Assembly: GCA_963666985.2 (NCBI GenBank)
Contig: CAXXIA010000002.1
Location: 320,001 to 384,000 of the forward strand
Reading direction: 5' to 3'
DNA from: Spirochaetia bacterium
Lineage (GTDB): Bacteria > Spirochaetota > Spirochaetia > DSM-2461
DNA length: 64,000 nucleotides
This document shows, in pieces, positions 29,499 to 40,500 of this stretch (position 1 is its first letter; the number at the start of each line of letters is the position of its first letter). A model generated the notes under the pieces. The model was given only the letters and a program-made list of their open reading frames with translations. It was not told where the DNA came from and ran no database searches. The translations under genes and the position numbers were made by a program.

Positions 29499-31541
29499 AT
29501 GATGAATAGCAAAATAAAAATTCATGTTCTCATATCCACAATAATAATTACGGCCCTTGTTATAGGATGTAGCGGCACAGGCAATGGTGGCGGGACTCTT
29601 TCAGAATCTTCCAAAACCAAAATTCCGGTTATCAGCCCCGTAACGGGAGAAATCACCAATCACACTGAAATCTCCATCAGCGCTGAAGATGGAGCTGTTA
29701 TTTACTATACCACCGATGGAACCGTACCCACATCCGGATCGAACGAATATACCGGAACCTTCACGCTTCCGGCCGATACTGTAAGCCAAACAGTCATGGC
29801 TATAGCCATCCTCGACGGCCTTTCCGTTTCTGAAACAGTCTCTACGGACTATCTCGTTTATGAAAGCGCCGCATCGGTAGCATTCTCCGCCGCTTCCGGC
29901 GCGTTACCGGACAATACGGAAATCGTTCTTTCTTCGGTTACGGAAAATGCCGTCATTTATTATACCATTGACGGCGGCGATCCAACGGAAGAAACTCCTC
30001 TGACATACTCAGCGCCCTTCACAATGGCCTCACTCCTCGCTGAGAGTCTGACAATTAAAGCCTACGCATCGGCGGATGGTATCATCAACAGTCCCGTCAC
30101 CTCCGTTGAATACGCGAAAGCCGTGGCCGAAATCCCCGTTTCCGACCGGTTGGACGGCGAGAGCATCTCAGATACCATGACCGTCAGTCTTACCACCGGC
30201 ACCGAAAACGCGAGCATCTACTACAGCCTCGACGGCTCGGAACCAAGTAACTCGTCTGCGCTCTATACGGCACCATTTACGCTTTCTTTGGGAAGCGTTA
30301 TCGTCAAAGCCGTAGCCATCCTCGACGGCTACACAAACTCCGAAATCACCACCATAAACCTTAAAGTAGATACTCAGGCCGAAGTTCCGGTAATCGTCGG
30401 AGACTCAGGTTTTATCCATTCAGGCGCTACAGTCACGCTCTCCACGAGCAGCTCCGAAACCATCTATTACACTCTCGATGGATCAAATCCGGAAATCTCG
30501 GGCATTGAATACACAGGAGCCATCACGATCAATCAATCCCTAACGCTCCGGGCTTATGCGGCAGGTAACGGCTACTATCCCTCGAATGAAGCCGTCGCCG
30601 AGTATACCGTCTATGAAACACTTGACGGTCTTGCACCCGATACATCGGCCCTCGCAGCCATTGCTTCCAACGGCTCCGTGGCGGTTCGTTCCGGGGGAGA
30701 CTATTACATGTTGGATTCCGGTTCCTTCGGTAGACTGTCATTGACTATAAGTGAGCCCTCCGACAAGGTACTGGACTTCGTCCTTGATGATTCCGGCGTC
30801 ATCACAGCTCTTTATCTGGATGGTAGCAATATAATCTATTGGACCTCTTCCTCCGGTACTATAGCCACGGTAAACACTACCGCCGTTTCCCTGGCGGACG
30901 CTTGTATTCTGATAGATTCGAACGGCAATACACGGATTGTCTTTGCTCAATACTACGATGAAAACTTCGATGAAGTGGTGGAAGCCGTCTACAATACAAG
31001 CGGCTCCCTCGACCGTGCTTCCTCCTACGTACTTAATAATCGGGCCCGCGGCCTGGATGCCGCGCTGGATTCTACGGGCATGCTTGCGATAGCGGCATCC
31101 AACGATAAAAACGACTATTATGAAACCATTGTCATCGCGTGGAATGAGAATACCTCCGGATGGGATACCCTGAAAGGCTGGACCAATAAAAGCGGAAATC
31201 CCGCCCTGGCCGTTCGTAGTGACGACAGCCTGATTTTGGCCTATGTTAATCCGGTCAATACCAACACAACCCGCTTCAACGTATTCGACATCACCGCTGC
31301 CGCCGCCTTAGTCTCAAACATCAGCATAGACACCATAATCGACGGTGACACAAACATCGTCCTTGACGATGAGGAAAACATTTATGTTGCCACCCATGGT
31401 TACGGATGGATTATCGAAGACGGATCCGAGACCGCTTTACAAATGGGGAATGCCCCTTACCGGCTCCTCTCCGATTCTTCGAATCAAACGGATATCTATG
31501 TTCTGGCCGCCGCCGATTTAACCTTGTACGCCATAGATTAA
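29499..31541 (+). CDS. lipoprotein with four chitobiase/beta-hexosaminidase C-terminal (FN3-associated) repeats
   Basis: lipobox VIGC; four IYYT.DG..P....Y..PF/I repeats; beta-rich C-terminus. Confidence 0.85.
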   Translation: MMNSKIKIHVLISTIIITALVIGCSGTGNGGGTLSESSKTKIPVISPVTGEITNHTEISISAEDGAVIYYTTDGTVPTSGSNEYTGTFTLPADTVSQTVMAIAILDGLSVSETVSTDYLVYESAASVAFSAASGALPDNTEIVLSSVTENAVIYYTIDGGDPTEETPLTYSAPFTMASLLAESLTIKAYASADGIINSPVTSVEYAKAVAEIPVSDRLDGESISDTMTVSLTTGTENASIYYSLDGSEPSNSSALYTAPFTLSLGSVIVKAVAILDGYTNSEITTINLKVDTQAEVPVIVGDSGFIHSGATVTLSTSSSETIYYTLDGSNPEISGIEYTGAITINQSLTLRAYAAGNGYYPSNEAVAEYTVYETLDGLAPDTSALAAIASNGSVAVRSGGDYYMLDSGSFGRLSLTISEPSDKVLDFVLDDSGVITALYLDGSNIIYWTSSSGTIATVNTTAVSLADACILIDSNGNTRIVFAQYYDENFDEVVEAVYNTSGSLDRASSYVLNNRARGLDAALDSTGMLAIAASNDKNDYYETIVIAWNENTSGWDTLKGWTNKSGNPALAVRSDDSLILAYVNPVNTNTTRFNVFDITAAAALVSNISIDTIIDGDTNIVLDDEENIYVATHGYGWIIEDGSETALQMGNAPYRLLSDSSNQTDIYVLAAADLTLYAID

Positions 31542-31567
31542 TCACAGCTTTGTATGCCATTCATATC

Positions 31568-31600
31568 ATCGGGAGGCCTTAGGGTCTCCCGATTTTTATT
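31568..31600 (+). terminator. intrinsic terminator
   Basis: atcgggaggcc-ttag-ggtctcccgat followed by a T-run. Confidence 0.8.
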
Positions 31601-31676
31601 AGAACGGAATACAAAAACTCCCGAAGGACGTATAATAAGAACTCAGTAACCCGAGAGGACCTCAAATAACCGATCT

Positions 31677-33956
31677 ATGGCATTAAATGCGCCCGACCCA
31701 TCACAGGAATCGCTCTCAATCGGCCTATCCCGTCTGAACGCCCTCCGCACATCCGATCCAGGATTCTACATGCTGGCCCTTCATTCCTTCATCGAATCCC
31801 GTGCCTCGGTGAACCCCGAAGCGACACGGGAAATGACCTTCCGTGAAATCCTGCATACCTGGTTCCGCGATCATAAAGAGACCTTCCCCGGACTCAAGAC
31901 CGCATCAGAGGCTCAAGAGGCGGAGAGCGTATCATCCGGCGGCCCGGAACAAACCGCCGCACAAAAAGACACACCCGGCGCCGCATCGAAGGCGGGCGCC
32001 TCTCAATCCACCGGCGGTGCATCAAAACCTGCCGCAAGCAATACGTCTGCATCCACAGGCGCCACTCAATCTTCCTCCGTCCCCGCGTCCGACCGGGAAG
32101 CCGAACTCATGGCCGTCCTTCACGCCGTTATCCGCGACCACCGGCTCACCAACGCCGTCCGCCACGAATTCGCCCGTCTCACCCCGGAAGAAGCCCGCAG
32201 CGCCACCTGGAACTTCCTCAAACTCGGCGATTTCACCGGCTGGTCCGCCCTGCCGCAGTCCGCTCCCTTGCGAAACTCTCTGCAAAGCTGGGATGAACGC
32301 GCTTCGGCCCCCGAAGATTCCGAATGGACCAAATTGAAAGCCGAATTGACAGCTCTCCAAAGCCGCTCGGCCGAAATCGTTGCCGAACGGGAATCCATCG
32401 AAGCCAAAGAGAAAGAAATCCTTATCCTCAAGCAGCAAATCGCCCTGGCACCCGAAAGCCCGGATATTCCGAAGAAACAAACCGAAGTCCGCCGCCTGCG
32501 CTCCGAAATCGACACATCCGACTACAGACGCTACATCACCGGCCTTTCCCGATTTTCCCAAACCTCCCGCACCCGCCGGGACTTTGAAAAATCCATCGTC
32601 CGTCTCTCCTCCGAGCAGCAGGAAGCCCTCGCCGGATTCACCGCCGAGGAGGACATGCTCATCACCGGCGGTGCGGGAACCGGAAAAACCCTCGTACTCC
32701 TGGAAGCCCTGAAACGGACCCTTTCCGAAGACTCTCTTGAATCTCCGGCCGGCGGCCCGGCGCCGCACGATGCCGAAAAGGGGAAAACAACCCTCATCAC
32801 CTTCACCAAAACCCTGGTAAAATACGACCGCTACCTTGCCTCCCTTATGGCTCCCGCCGACATCGGAGACGCCGTCCTTGAGTCATCCGAAACCTTCTTC
32901 TGGAAAAAACTCATCAAAAAAGAGCCCAAACACAAGGTGGACTACAACCTTCTGCGCACACTCACCGGAGAGATGAATACCGGAGTCCTCACCGATGCCG
33001 AACTTTACATAGAAATCGAAGAATACCTTTTCGGATTGAACATCACCAAAGAAGAATACCTGGAGGCGGAAGTCCCCCGAAAAGGCCTGAAAACCCCGCT
33101 CAACCTTCGGGAACGGGAAGCCGTCTGGGCCATTCGCAAAAAAATCGAAGAGCTCATGCTCTCCCGAAACACCTATTCCAAACACTTCGCCCGCCTCCGT
33201 CTTCTCGGCTGGCTTACCCATGAAGATACCGGTCTGCGAACGCACGATCATCTTTTCGTCGACGAAAGCCAGGACATGAGCGCCGTGGAACTCATGTGCC
33301 TCAAAGAACTCTCCGGGAAGTCCCTTATCATGGCGGGCGACACCGGCCAATCCATCTACGGATTCGTCAATCCCTACCGGCGCGCGAACCTGGAACTGGA
33401 CCAAAGCCGTATCCGTCTTTTGAAAATCAATCACAGGAACACCATCCCCATCCACCGCATGGCCGAAGCCTTTCGCCGGGAAACTCTGGCACCCGGGGAA
33501 GATCCCGGCCCCGAATCCGTGCCGTTCAGAGAGGGCCCCGAACCGGAAATCCATCGCATGGAAAATCCGAACGCCCTGGCCGATCTGGTGGCCGCCAAGG
33601 CCCGGATGTACGTGGCCGACCTCGGCTACGACGCCGAATCGGTCGGCATTCTCTGTTCCCGAACCGGTCATCTTTCCATGATGGCCGAGAAACTCATCAG
33701 CGTCGGACTGGAATCGGCCGCCGTGAAACACGGTGAATTCACTTTCGACCGGCGCGGCGTTGTCCGCCTTTCAACGCTTCATTCCTCCAAAGGCCTGGAC
33801 TTCCCGGTGGTGCTGATGTACGTGCCCGAACTTCCGCCGGCCCGGGAAATCGATCCGCCGTACCAGGAGAGGCTGCACCGGAACCTGCAGTATGTGGCCA
33901 TGACGCGGGGCATGGATGTGGTGGAACGGTTTGAAAGCAAAGGAAAGGACGAATAA
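31677..33956 (+). CDS. SF1 (UvrD-like) helicase with HEPN/DUF4145-like N-terminal domain and coiled coil
   Basis: GGAGTGKT, VDESQD, GDTGQSIY, NHRNT, STLHSSKGLDF, YVAMTRG; N-terminal RLTNAVRH. Confidence 0.85.
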   Translation: MALNAPDPSQESLSIGLSRLNALRTSDPGFYMLALHSFIESRASVNPEATREMTFREILHTWFRDHKETFPGLKTASEAQEAESVSSGGPEQTAAQKDTPGAASKAGASQSTGGASKPAASNTSASTGATQSSSVPASDREAELMAVLHAVIRDHRLTNAVRHEFARLTPEEARSATWNFLKLGDFTGWSALPQSAPLRNSLQSWDERASAPEDSEWTKLKAELTALQSRSAEIVAERESIEAKEKEILILKQQIALAPESPDIPKKQTEVRRLRSEIDTSDYRRYITGLSRFSQTSRTRRDFEKSIVRLSSEQQEALAGFTAEEDMLITGGAGTGKTLVLLEALKRTLSEDSLESPAGGPAPHDAEKGKTTLITFTKTLVKYDRYLASLMAPADIGDAVLESSETFFWKKLIKKEPKHKVDYNLLRTLTGEMNTGVLTDAELYIEIEEYLFGLNITKEEYLEAEVPRKGLKTPLNLREREAVWAIRKKIEELMLSRNTYSKHFARLRLLGWLTHEDTGLRTHDHLFVDESQDMSAVELMCLKELSGKSLIMAGDTGQSIYGFVNPYRRANLELDQSRIRLLKINHRNTIPIHRMAEAFRRETLAPGEDPGPESVPFREGPEPEIHRMENPNALADLVAAKARMYVADLGYDAESVGILCSRTGHLSMMAEKLISVGLESAAVKHGEFTFDRRGVVRLSTLHSSKGLDFPVVLMYVPELPPAREIDPPYQERLHRNLQYVAMTRGMDVVERFESKGKDE

Positions 33957-35498
33957 ATGGCTAAATCAAAAACCGTGAAGCAAGAATCCATAGAAACACA
34001 GCTCTGGAAAGCCGCCGACAAACTTCGTAAGAATATCGATGCCGCCGAGTACAAACACATCGTTCTCGGCCTCATCTTTCTCAAATACATTTCCGATGCC
34101 TTTGACGAGCTTCACTCCAAGCTCACAGCCGGCGAAGGCGATTACGACGGCGCCGATCCCGAAGACAAAGACGAATACAAAGCGGAAACAGTCTTCTTCG
34201 TCCCGCCTTCCGCCCGATGGGCCTTCCTGCGTTCTCATGCAAAACAGCCCACCATCGGTAAAACCGTTGATGAGGCCATGGACGCCATTGAACGGGAAAA
34301 CCCTTCCCTGAAAGACGTTCTTCCGAAGGTTTACGCCAAAGGGAATCTGGACCCGGCCAACCTCGGCGGCCTGATTGATTTGGTAAGCAACATTGCTCTC
34401 GGTGAAGCCAAGGAACGTTCCGCCGATGTTCTGGGACACGTTTTCGAATACTTTCTCGGTGAGTTTGCTCTGGCCGAGGGCAAGAAGGGAGGTCAGTTCT
34501 ACACACCCCGCTACGTCGTCGAACTCCTGGTGGAAATGCTGCAGCCTTTCAAAGGACGGGTTTTTGATCCCTGCTGCGGATCCGGCGGTATGTTTGTTCA
34601 GTCGGAGGCCTTTGTTGAGAACCATCAGGGCCGCGTCAACGACATTTCCATCTGGGGCCAGGAAAGCAATCAGACCACATGGCGGCTGGCCAAGATGAAC
34701 CTCGCCATCCGGGGAATCGACTCCACCGGAGTCCGATGGAACAACGAAGGCTCCTTTCTTAACGACGCGCATAAAGACCTGAAGGCCGACTTCGTTATCG
34801 CCAATCCTCCCTTCAACGATTCAGACTGGTCCGGCGACCAACTCCGCTCCGACGGACGGTGGCAATACGGCGCTCCCCCGGCGGGCAACGCCAACTATGC
34901 CTGGATTCAGCACTTCATCTACCATCTCAACCCCAAAGGATCCGCGGGATTTGTGCTCGCCAAAGGCTCGCTGACCTCCAAGACCTCCGGTGAAGGGGAT
35001 ATCCGTAAAGCACTTATCGAAGCCCGCCTGGTGGACTGCATCGTCAACCTTCCGGCCAAACTCTTCCTGAATACCCAGATTCCCGTCTGTCTCTGGTTCC
35101 TCAGCCGGGACAAAGCCAACGGCGGCTACCGGAATCGTACCGATGAGATTCTTTTCATCGATGCACGGAACGAAGGCCATCTTATCAACCGGAGAACTAA
35201 GGTTCTCTCCCGTGAAGACATCGCCAAGATTGCGGATACCTACCACAACTGGCGAAATATCGATGGCGATTACGACGATATAAAGGGATTCTGCAATTCG
35301 GCTTCCATTGACCGTGTTCGGGAACTGGACTACGTCCTCACACCGGGACGCTACGTAGGCTTGGCTGAAGAAGAGGATGATTTTGACTTTAAGGAACGGT
35401 TTACAAGCCTTAAAGCCGAATTCGAGGACCAATTAAAGGAAGAGGAGCTGTTAAACAAACTCATTCTGGAAAACCTCGGAAAGGTGAAACTGGAATGA
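33957..35498 (+). CDS. hsdM: type I restriction-modification methyltransferase subunit
   Basis: [27 protein letters not shown]. Confidence 0.96.
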   Translation: MAKSKTVKQESIETQLWKAADKLRKNIDAAEYKHIVLGLIFLKYISDAFDELHSKLTAGEGDYDGADPEDKDEYKAETVFFVPPSARWAFLRSHAKQPTIGKTVDEAMDAIERENPSLKDVLPKVYAKGNLDPANLGGLIDLVSNIALGEAKERSADVLGHVFEYFLGEFALAEGKKGGQFYTPRYVVELLVEMLQPFKGRVFDPCCGSGGMFVQSEAFVENHQGRVNDISIWGQESNQTTWRLAKMNLAIRGIDSTGVRWNNEGSFLNDAHKDLKADFVIANPPFNDSDWSGDQLRSDGRWQYGAPPAGNANYAWIQHFIYHLNPKGSAGFVLAKGSLTSKTSGEGDIRKALIEARLVDCIVNLPAKLFLNTQIPVCLWFLSRDKANGGYRNRTDEILFIDARNEGHLINRRTKVLSREDIAKIADTYHNWRNIDGDYDDIKGFCNSASIDRVRELDYVLTPGRYVGLAEEEDDFDFKERFTSLKAEFEDQLKEEELLNKLILENLGKVKLE

Positions 35499-36310
35499 AT
35501 CAAAAAGAGGGGTTTATAAAAAAAGATACCCTGCGTCCTGGCACCACCGCAGAGGATGGGAGAAGGAACATCAGGGTTTACATTAAACAATATCGTACAA
35601 ATCCCATTAAAAATCAAGTTTCATTCTATACGGAAATCATTTCAGCTCTATCCATGGAGAGAATGGAGTCGTATGGAGATTGCAATGGCAATCCCAAATC
35701 AGTATTAGCCCGCTATCTTCTGAATATGGCTCTTTGCGAAAGCCTTTATCAGCCGATTCAGTACTGTGAAGTAGCTCTCCGGAATTCCATCCATCAATAT
35801 CTAACAAAACTGATGGATACGGAAGAATGGTATGATTCCCCCCGTTTCAATTTAACCGATTGGGCAGAAAAGCAGATTACCGGCGCCAAGGAGAAAATTA
35901 CAAAATCCGGTAAAACGTTAACACCCGGCCGCATTGTTGCCGAACTTCATTTCGGCTTCTGGACCAGCTTTTTTGAAGCTCATTATGAACAAAAGACACT
36001 ATTTCTTCCCTCCGGTATAAAAGGGGTTTTCCCCTATCTGCCGAAATCCATGCACAACAGAAAAAAAATCAAAGGGAAACTGGATAAAATACGTCTCCTC
36101 AGAAATCGGGTATTTCACCACGAACGGATTATCCATTGGAAAGACCTGAACGAACAGCACCGGTTAATTATGGATACCATTGGCACAATCAACCCGGAAT
36201 TACTGCATCTTGCAGAACATGGAGAACGATTTAATCAAACCCAAAAAGAAGGACTCACTCCATGGCTGAAGCATCTGGATGAACACTGGATGGAGTTGAA
36301 AAACGCATGA
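35495..36310 (+). CDS. Abi-like (AbiD/AbiF, Abi_2) HEPN protein
   Basis: S..R...Y, EVALRN, L.FGFW, RNRVFHH (RNxxxH); the true start may lie near 35605-35655. Confidence 0.8.
   Translation: MNQKEGFIKKDTLRPGTTAEDGRRNIRVYIKQYRTNPIKNQVSFYTEIISALSMERMESYGDCNGNPKSVLARYLLNMALCESLYQPIQYCEVALRNSIHQYLTKLMDTEEWYDSPRFNLTDWAEKQITGAKEKITKSGKTLTPGRIVAELHFGFWTSFFEAHYEQKTLFLPSGIKGVFPYLPKSMHNRKKIKGKLDKIRLLRNRVFHHERIIHWKDLNEQHRLIMDTIGTINPELLHLAEHGERFNQTQKEGLTPWLKHLDEHWMELKNA
35528..35577 (+). ncRNA. candidate structured RNA element upstream of the Abi core
   Basis: nested stems accctg/cagggt and cgtcct/aggatg; TATAAA at 35515-35520 just upstream. Confidence 0.4.
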
Positions 36311-36338
36311 ACGAACGGCTTGAAAAGGTGAAATTGGG

Positions 36339-37523
36339 ATGAATGATTTCAATGATTGTACTATTGGAGACGTATGCAAAGCCATAGTAACAGGCGGAAC
36401 ACCTAATACAAAAGTTCATGAATACTATAAAGGTGGAACTATTCCTTGGTTAAAAACCAAAGAAGTCAATTTTTGCCGTATCGACAATACAGAGAACTTT
36501 ATCACTAAAAAAGGTTTAGAAAAATCTTCTGCTAAAATTGTACCGCCAGATTCAATAATCGTTGCGATGTATGGTCAAGGAGATACAGCAGGAAGAGTCG
36601 CTCTCAATACAATACCATTAACAACCAATCAAGCGTGTTGCAATCTCATTATTGATAAAGAAATCGCAGATAGTAAATTTATTTTTTATTATCTCTGGAA
36701 TTCATATGACGAACTTGTGAGCAGAAAAACTGGCAGTGCTCAACCAAATCTCAATACGAAATTAATTCGATCATTAGAGATTTCTATCCCCCCTCTCCCC
36801 GAACAAAAAGCCATAGCCTCCGTGCTCTCCAGCCTCGACGACAAAATCGACCTCCTTCATCGCCAGACCAAAACCCTGGAATCCATGGCCGAAACCCTCT
36901 TCCGCCGGTGGTTTGTAGAAGAGGCGGATGAGAGTTGCCCAATAAGAAAACTTGGTGATTTCATAACCACCAATCAATCAAGTCTTTCCAATAAAACCGA
37001 TGTTGAATTGATTGATTACCTGGATACCGGTTCACTTACGGACGGCAAAATTGACCAGCTCCAAAGTACTAATTTTTCAGAAGCTCCTAGCCGTGCAAAA
37101 AGATTGGTCAAACATAATGACATCTTAATTTCTACAGTTCGGCCAAACCAAAGACACTATGGCATCATAAAAAATCCTTCTAGCAATCTAGTAGTGTCTA
37201 CAGGATTCTGTGTAATCACATGCAATAAAATCGATCCACATTTTGTCTATCTCTTCTTAATTCAAAATGATATGACTGAATATCTCCATTCCATCGCAGA
37301 GGGATCAACATCCACCTATCCCTCTCTGAAACCTTCAGATATCGAGACTCTAGATTTAATATTGCCGCCTCAAGATAAGATGAATGCTTTTGCGTCGATA
37401 TCATCAGATATCTGGGAAAAAATTGAGTATAACTATTCCCAGATTAATACTCTCCAATCCCTCCGCGACACCCTCCTCCCCAAACTGATGTCCGGTGAAG
37501 TTCGAGTGAAATACGATGAGTAG
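36339..37523 (+). CDS. hsdS: type I restriction-modification specificity subunit
   Basis: two TRDs, PPLPEQKAIASVLSSLDDKI central region, LRDTLLPKLMSGE tail. Confidence 0.95.
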   Translation: MNDFNDCTIGDVCKAIVTGGTPNTKVHEYYKGGTIPWLKTKEVNFCRIDNTENFITKKGLEKSSAKIVPPDSIIVAMYGQGDTAGRVALNTIPLTTNQACCNLIIDKEIADSKFIFYYLWNSYDELVSRKTGSAQPNLNTKLIRSLEISIPPLPEQKAIASVLSSLDDKIDLLHRQTKTLESMAETLFRRWFVEEADESCPIRKLGDFITTNQSSLSNKTDVELIDYLDTGSLTDGKIDQLQSTNFSEAPSRAKRLVKHNDILISTVRPNQRHYGIIKNPSSNLVVSTGFCVITCNKIDPHFVYLFLIQNDMTEYLHSIAEGSTSTYPSLKPSDIETLDLILPPQDKMNAFASISSDIWEKIEYNYSQINTLQSLRDTLLPKLMSGEVRVKYDE

Positions 37524-40500
37524 AATTACTGAATCCGAAGTTGAAGACTATCTCATCACTCTCCTGGAATCTCAGGGTTTCTCTTACATCTACGGTCCGC
37601 ACATCGCCCCCGATGGTGAATCTCCCGAACGGGAATCTTTTGAAAATGTTCTCCTTGTTCATCGTCTCCGCTCAGCGATTTCCCGTATCAATCCCTCCAT
37701 TCCCGTGGATGCCAGGGAAGATGCCCTGAAGCAAATTCGGCGCATCGCCTCGCCCGAACTCATCACCAACAATGAAACCTTCCATCGCCTCCTCACCGAA
37801 GGGGTAACCATCTCCATTCATCGGAACGGCCAGGAACGGGGCGAAAGAGTCCGGCTCATTGACTTCGCCAATGCCGAAGCCAACGAGTTCCTGGCGGTTA
37901 ATCAATTCACCGTTATCGAGAACCACGTCAATAAACGTCCCGATGTTATTCTGTTTATCAACGGACTTCCTTTGGTGGTTATCGAGCTGAAAAATCCGGC
38001 CGATGAGAGCGCCACGGTTCGTTCCGCGTTCAAACAGCTGCAAACGTATAAACAGGCGATTCCATCTCTCTTCACCTACAACGGCATCCTCATCATCTCC
38101 GACGGCTTGGAAGCCAGAGCCGGAACCATCTCCGCCGGCATGGACCGTTTCATGACCTGGAAAACCGCCGATGGTAAAACCGAGGCGTCATCCACCACCA
38201 GTCAGCTTGAAACTCTTACCGCCGGAATGCTCAACAAGCACACGTTGCTGGATCTTATCCGTCACTTTATCGTCTTCGAAACGGACAAGAAGGAAGATTC
38301 GGATACCGGTATCATCACCATCCACACCGTCAAGAAACTGGCGGCCTACCATCAGTACTACGCTGTGAATAAAGCGGTTGAATCAACACTCCGGGCTTCC
38401 GGTTTCCACCGGCAAAAGGTGACGTATTCCATAGCCGCTTCCTCTCCGGGAGACTATGGGCTTCCGAGTGTTTCCAAACAGCCCATCGGCGATAGGAAAG
38501 GAGGGGTGGTCTGGCATACCCAAGGGTCGGGCAAATCCCTCTCCATGGTTTTCTTCACAGGCAAGATCGTTCTCACCATGAATAACCCCACGGTCGTGAT
38601 TATTACCGATCGCAACGATCTGGACGACCAGCTCTTCGGTACCTTCGCGGCTTCCAAACAGCTCCTTCGCCAGGAACCGGTTCAGGCCGAATCCCGTTCT
38701 CAGTTGAAAGACCTCCTCAAGGTCGCCTCCGGTGGGGTCATTTTCACCACCATCCAGAAGTTCCAGCCCGAAGAAGGCAACGTTTACGAAGAACTCTCGG
38801 ACCGGGAGAACATCATCGTTCTGGCCGACGAGGCCCACCGCACCCAATACGGTTTCAAAGCAAAAACCATCGACGAGAAGGATGAAAGCGGCAGCCTTAT
38901 CGGCAAGAAAATCGTTTACGGCTTTGCCAAATACATGCGCGACGCTCTGCCCAACGCGACCTATCTCGGATTCACCGGTACTCCCGTTGAAAGCACCGAT
39001 GTCAACACTCCCGCGGTCTTCGGTCATTACATCGACGTCTACGATATTGCTCAGGCCGTGGAGGATAACGCCACGGTTCGCATCTACTACGAAAGCCGTC
39101 TGGCAAAAATCACTTTGAGCGACGAAGGCAAAAATCTGGTCTCCGACCTTGATACCGATCTGGCCGATGAGAATCTCACCGACACCCAGCAGGCCAAAGC
39201 CAAATGGACCCAGCTCGAAGCCCTCATCGGCAGTCGGGATAGAATCAAACATGTCGCCGAAGACATCATCACCCATTTCGAACAGCGTACCGAAGCTCTG
39301 GCCGGAAAAGGCATGATCGTCGCCATGTCCCGGCGCATCGCCGCCGACTTGTACAAAGAAATCGTCGCCCTCCGTCCGGAATGGCACGATGAAGATCAGA
39401 AGAAGGGCGCCGTTAAAGTCGTTATGACTTCCGCATCCTCCGACGGCCCGGAAATCGAAAAGCATCACACAACCAAAGAGCAGCGGCGGGCCCTTGCCGA
39501 CCGCATGAAAGATCCCGACGATCCCCTCAAACTGGTCATCGTCCGGGACATGTGGCTCACCGGCTTCGACGTTCCCTGTCTGCACACCCTTTACATCGAC
39601 AAACCCATGCAGGGACATAATCTCATGCAGGCCATCGCCCGGGTGAACCGGGTCTACAAGGATAAAACCGGAGGCCTTATCGTCGATTATCTCGGCATCG
39701 CTTCAGATCTCAAGAAAGCGCTCTCCTTCTATTCCGATTCCGGAGGCCAGGGTAACCCCGCCGCTACTCAGGAACAGGCCGTCACCATCCTGCTGGAAAA
39801 ACTCGAAGTCGTTTCCCAGATGTTCCACGGATTCCCCTATGAAGACTACTTCGCCGCCGATACCGGACGAAAACTCTCCCTCATCCTCGAAACGGAAGAA
39901 TACATCCTCGGCCTCGAAAACGGAAAAAAGCGCTACCTGGACCAAGTCACCGCTCTTTCAAAAGCCTTCTCCATCGCCGTTCCCCACGACCAAGCCATGG
40001 ACGTGAAAGACGAAGTCGCCTTCTTCCAGGCCGTTAAAGCCCGTTTGGTGAAATTCGATTCTACCGGTGCCGGTCACAGCGATGAAGAAATCGAAACCGC
40101 CATTAAACAAGTCATCGACCAAGCCCTTATCACCGACAAAGTCATCGATATTTTCGACGCCGCCGGAATCAAAAAACCCGATATCTCCATTCTCTCCGAA
40201 GACTTCCTCCTGGAAGTTAAAAACATGGAACACCGGAACCTCGCCCTGGAAACTCTTCGGAAACTTTTGAACGACGAGATTAAATCCCGGATGAAAACAA
40301 ACCTCGTTCAAAGCCGAACCCTCATGGAGATGCTCGAATCCTCCATTACCCGGTACCACAATAAAATCCTTACCGCAGCAGAAGTTATAGACGAACTTAT
40401 AAAACTCTCCAAAGACATCCGGCAAATGGATAAAGAACCTGAAGAGATGGGACTCTCCACTTACGAATATGCGTTCTACACTGCCGTCGCCAACAACGAC

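Noticed and set aside
36339..37523. Phase-variable (invertible) hsdS locus
   Set aside because: Single hsdS, with no silent TRD copies, recombinase or long inverted repeats seen
38383..39618. 411-aa minus-strand ORF
   Set aside because: Antisense shadow of hsdR
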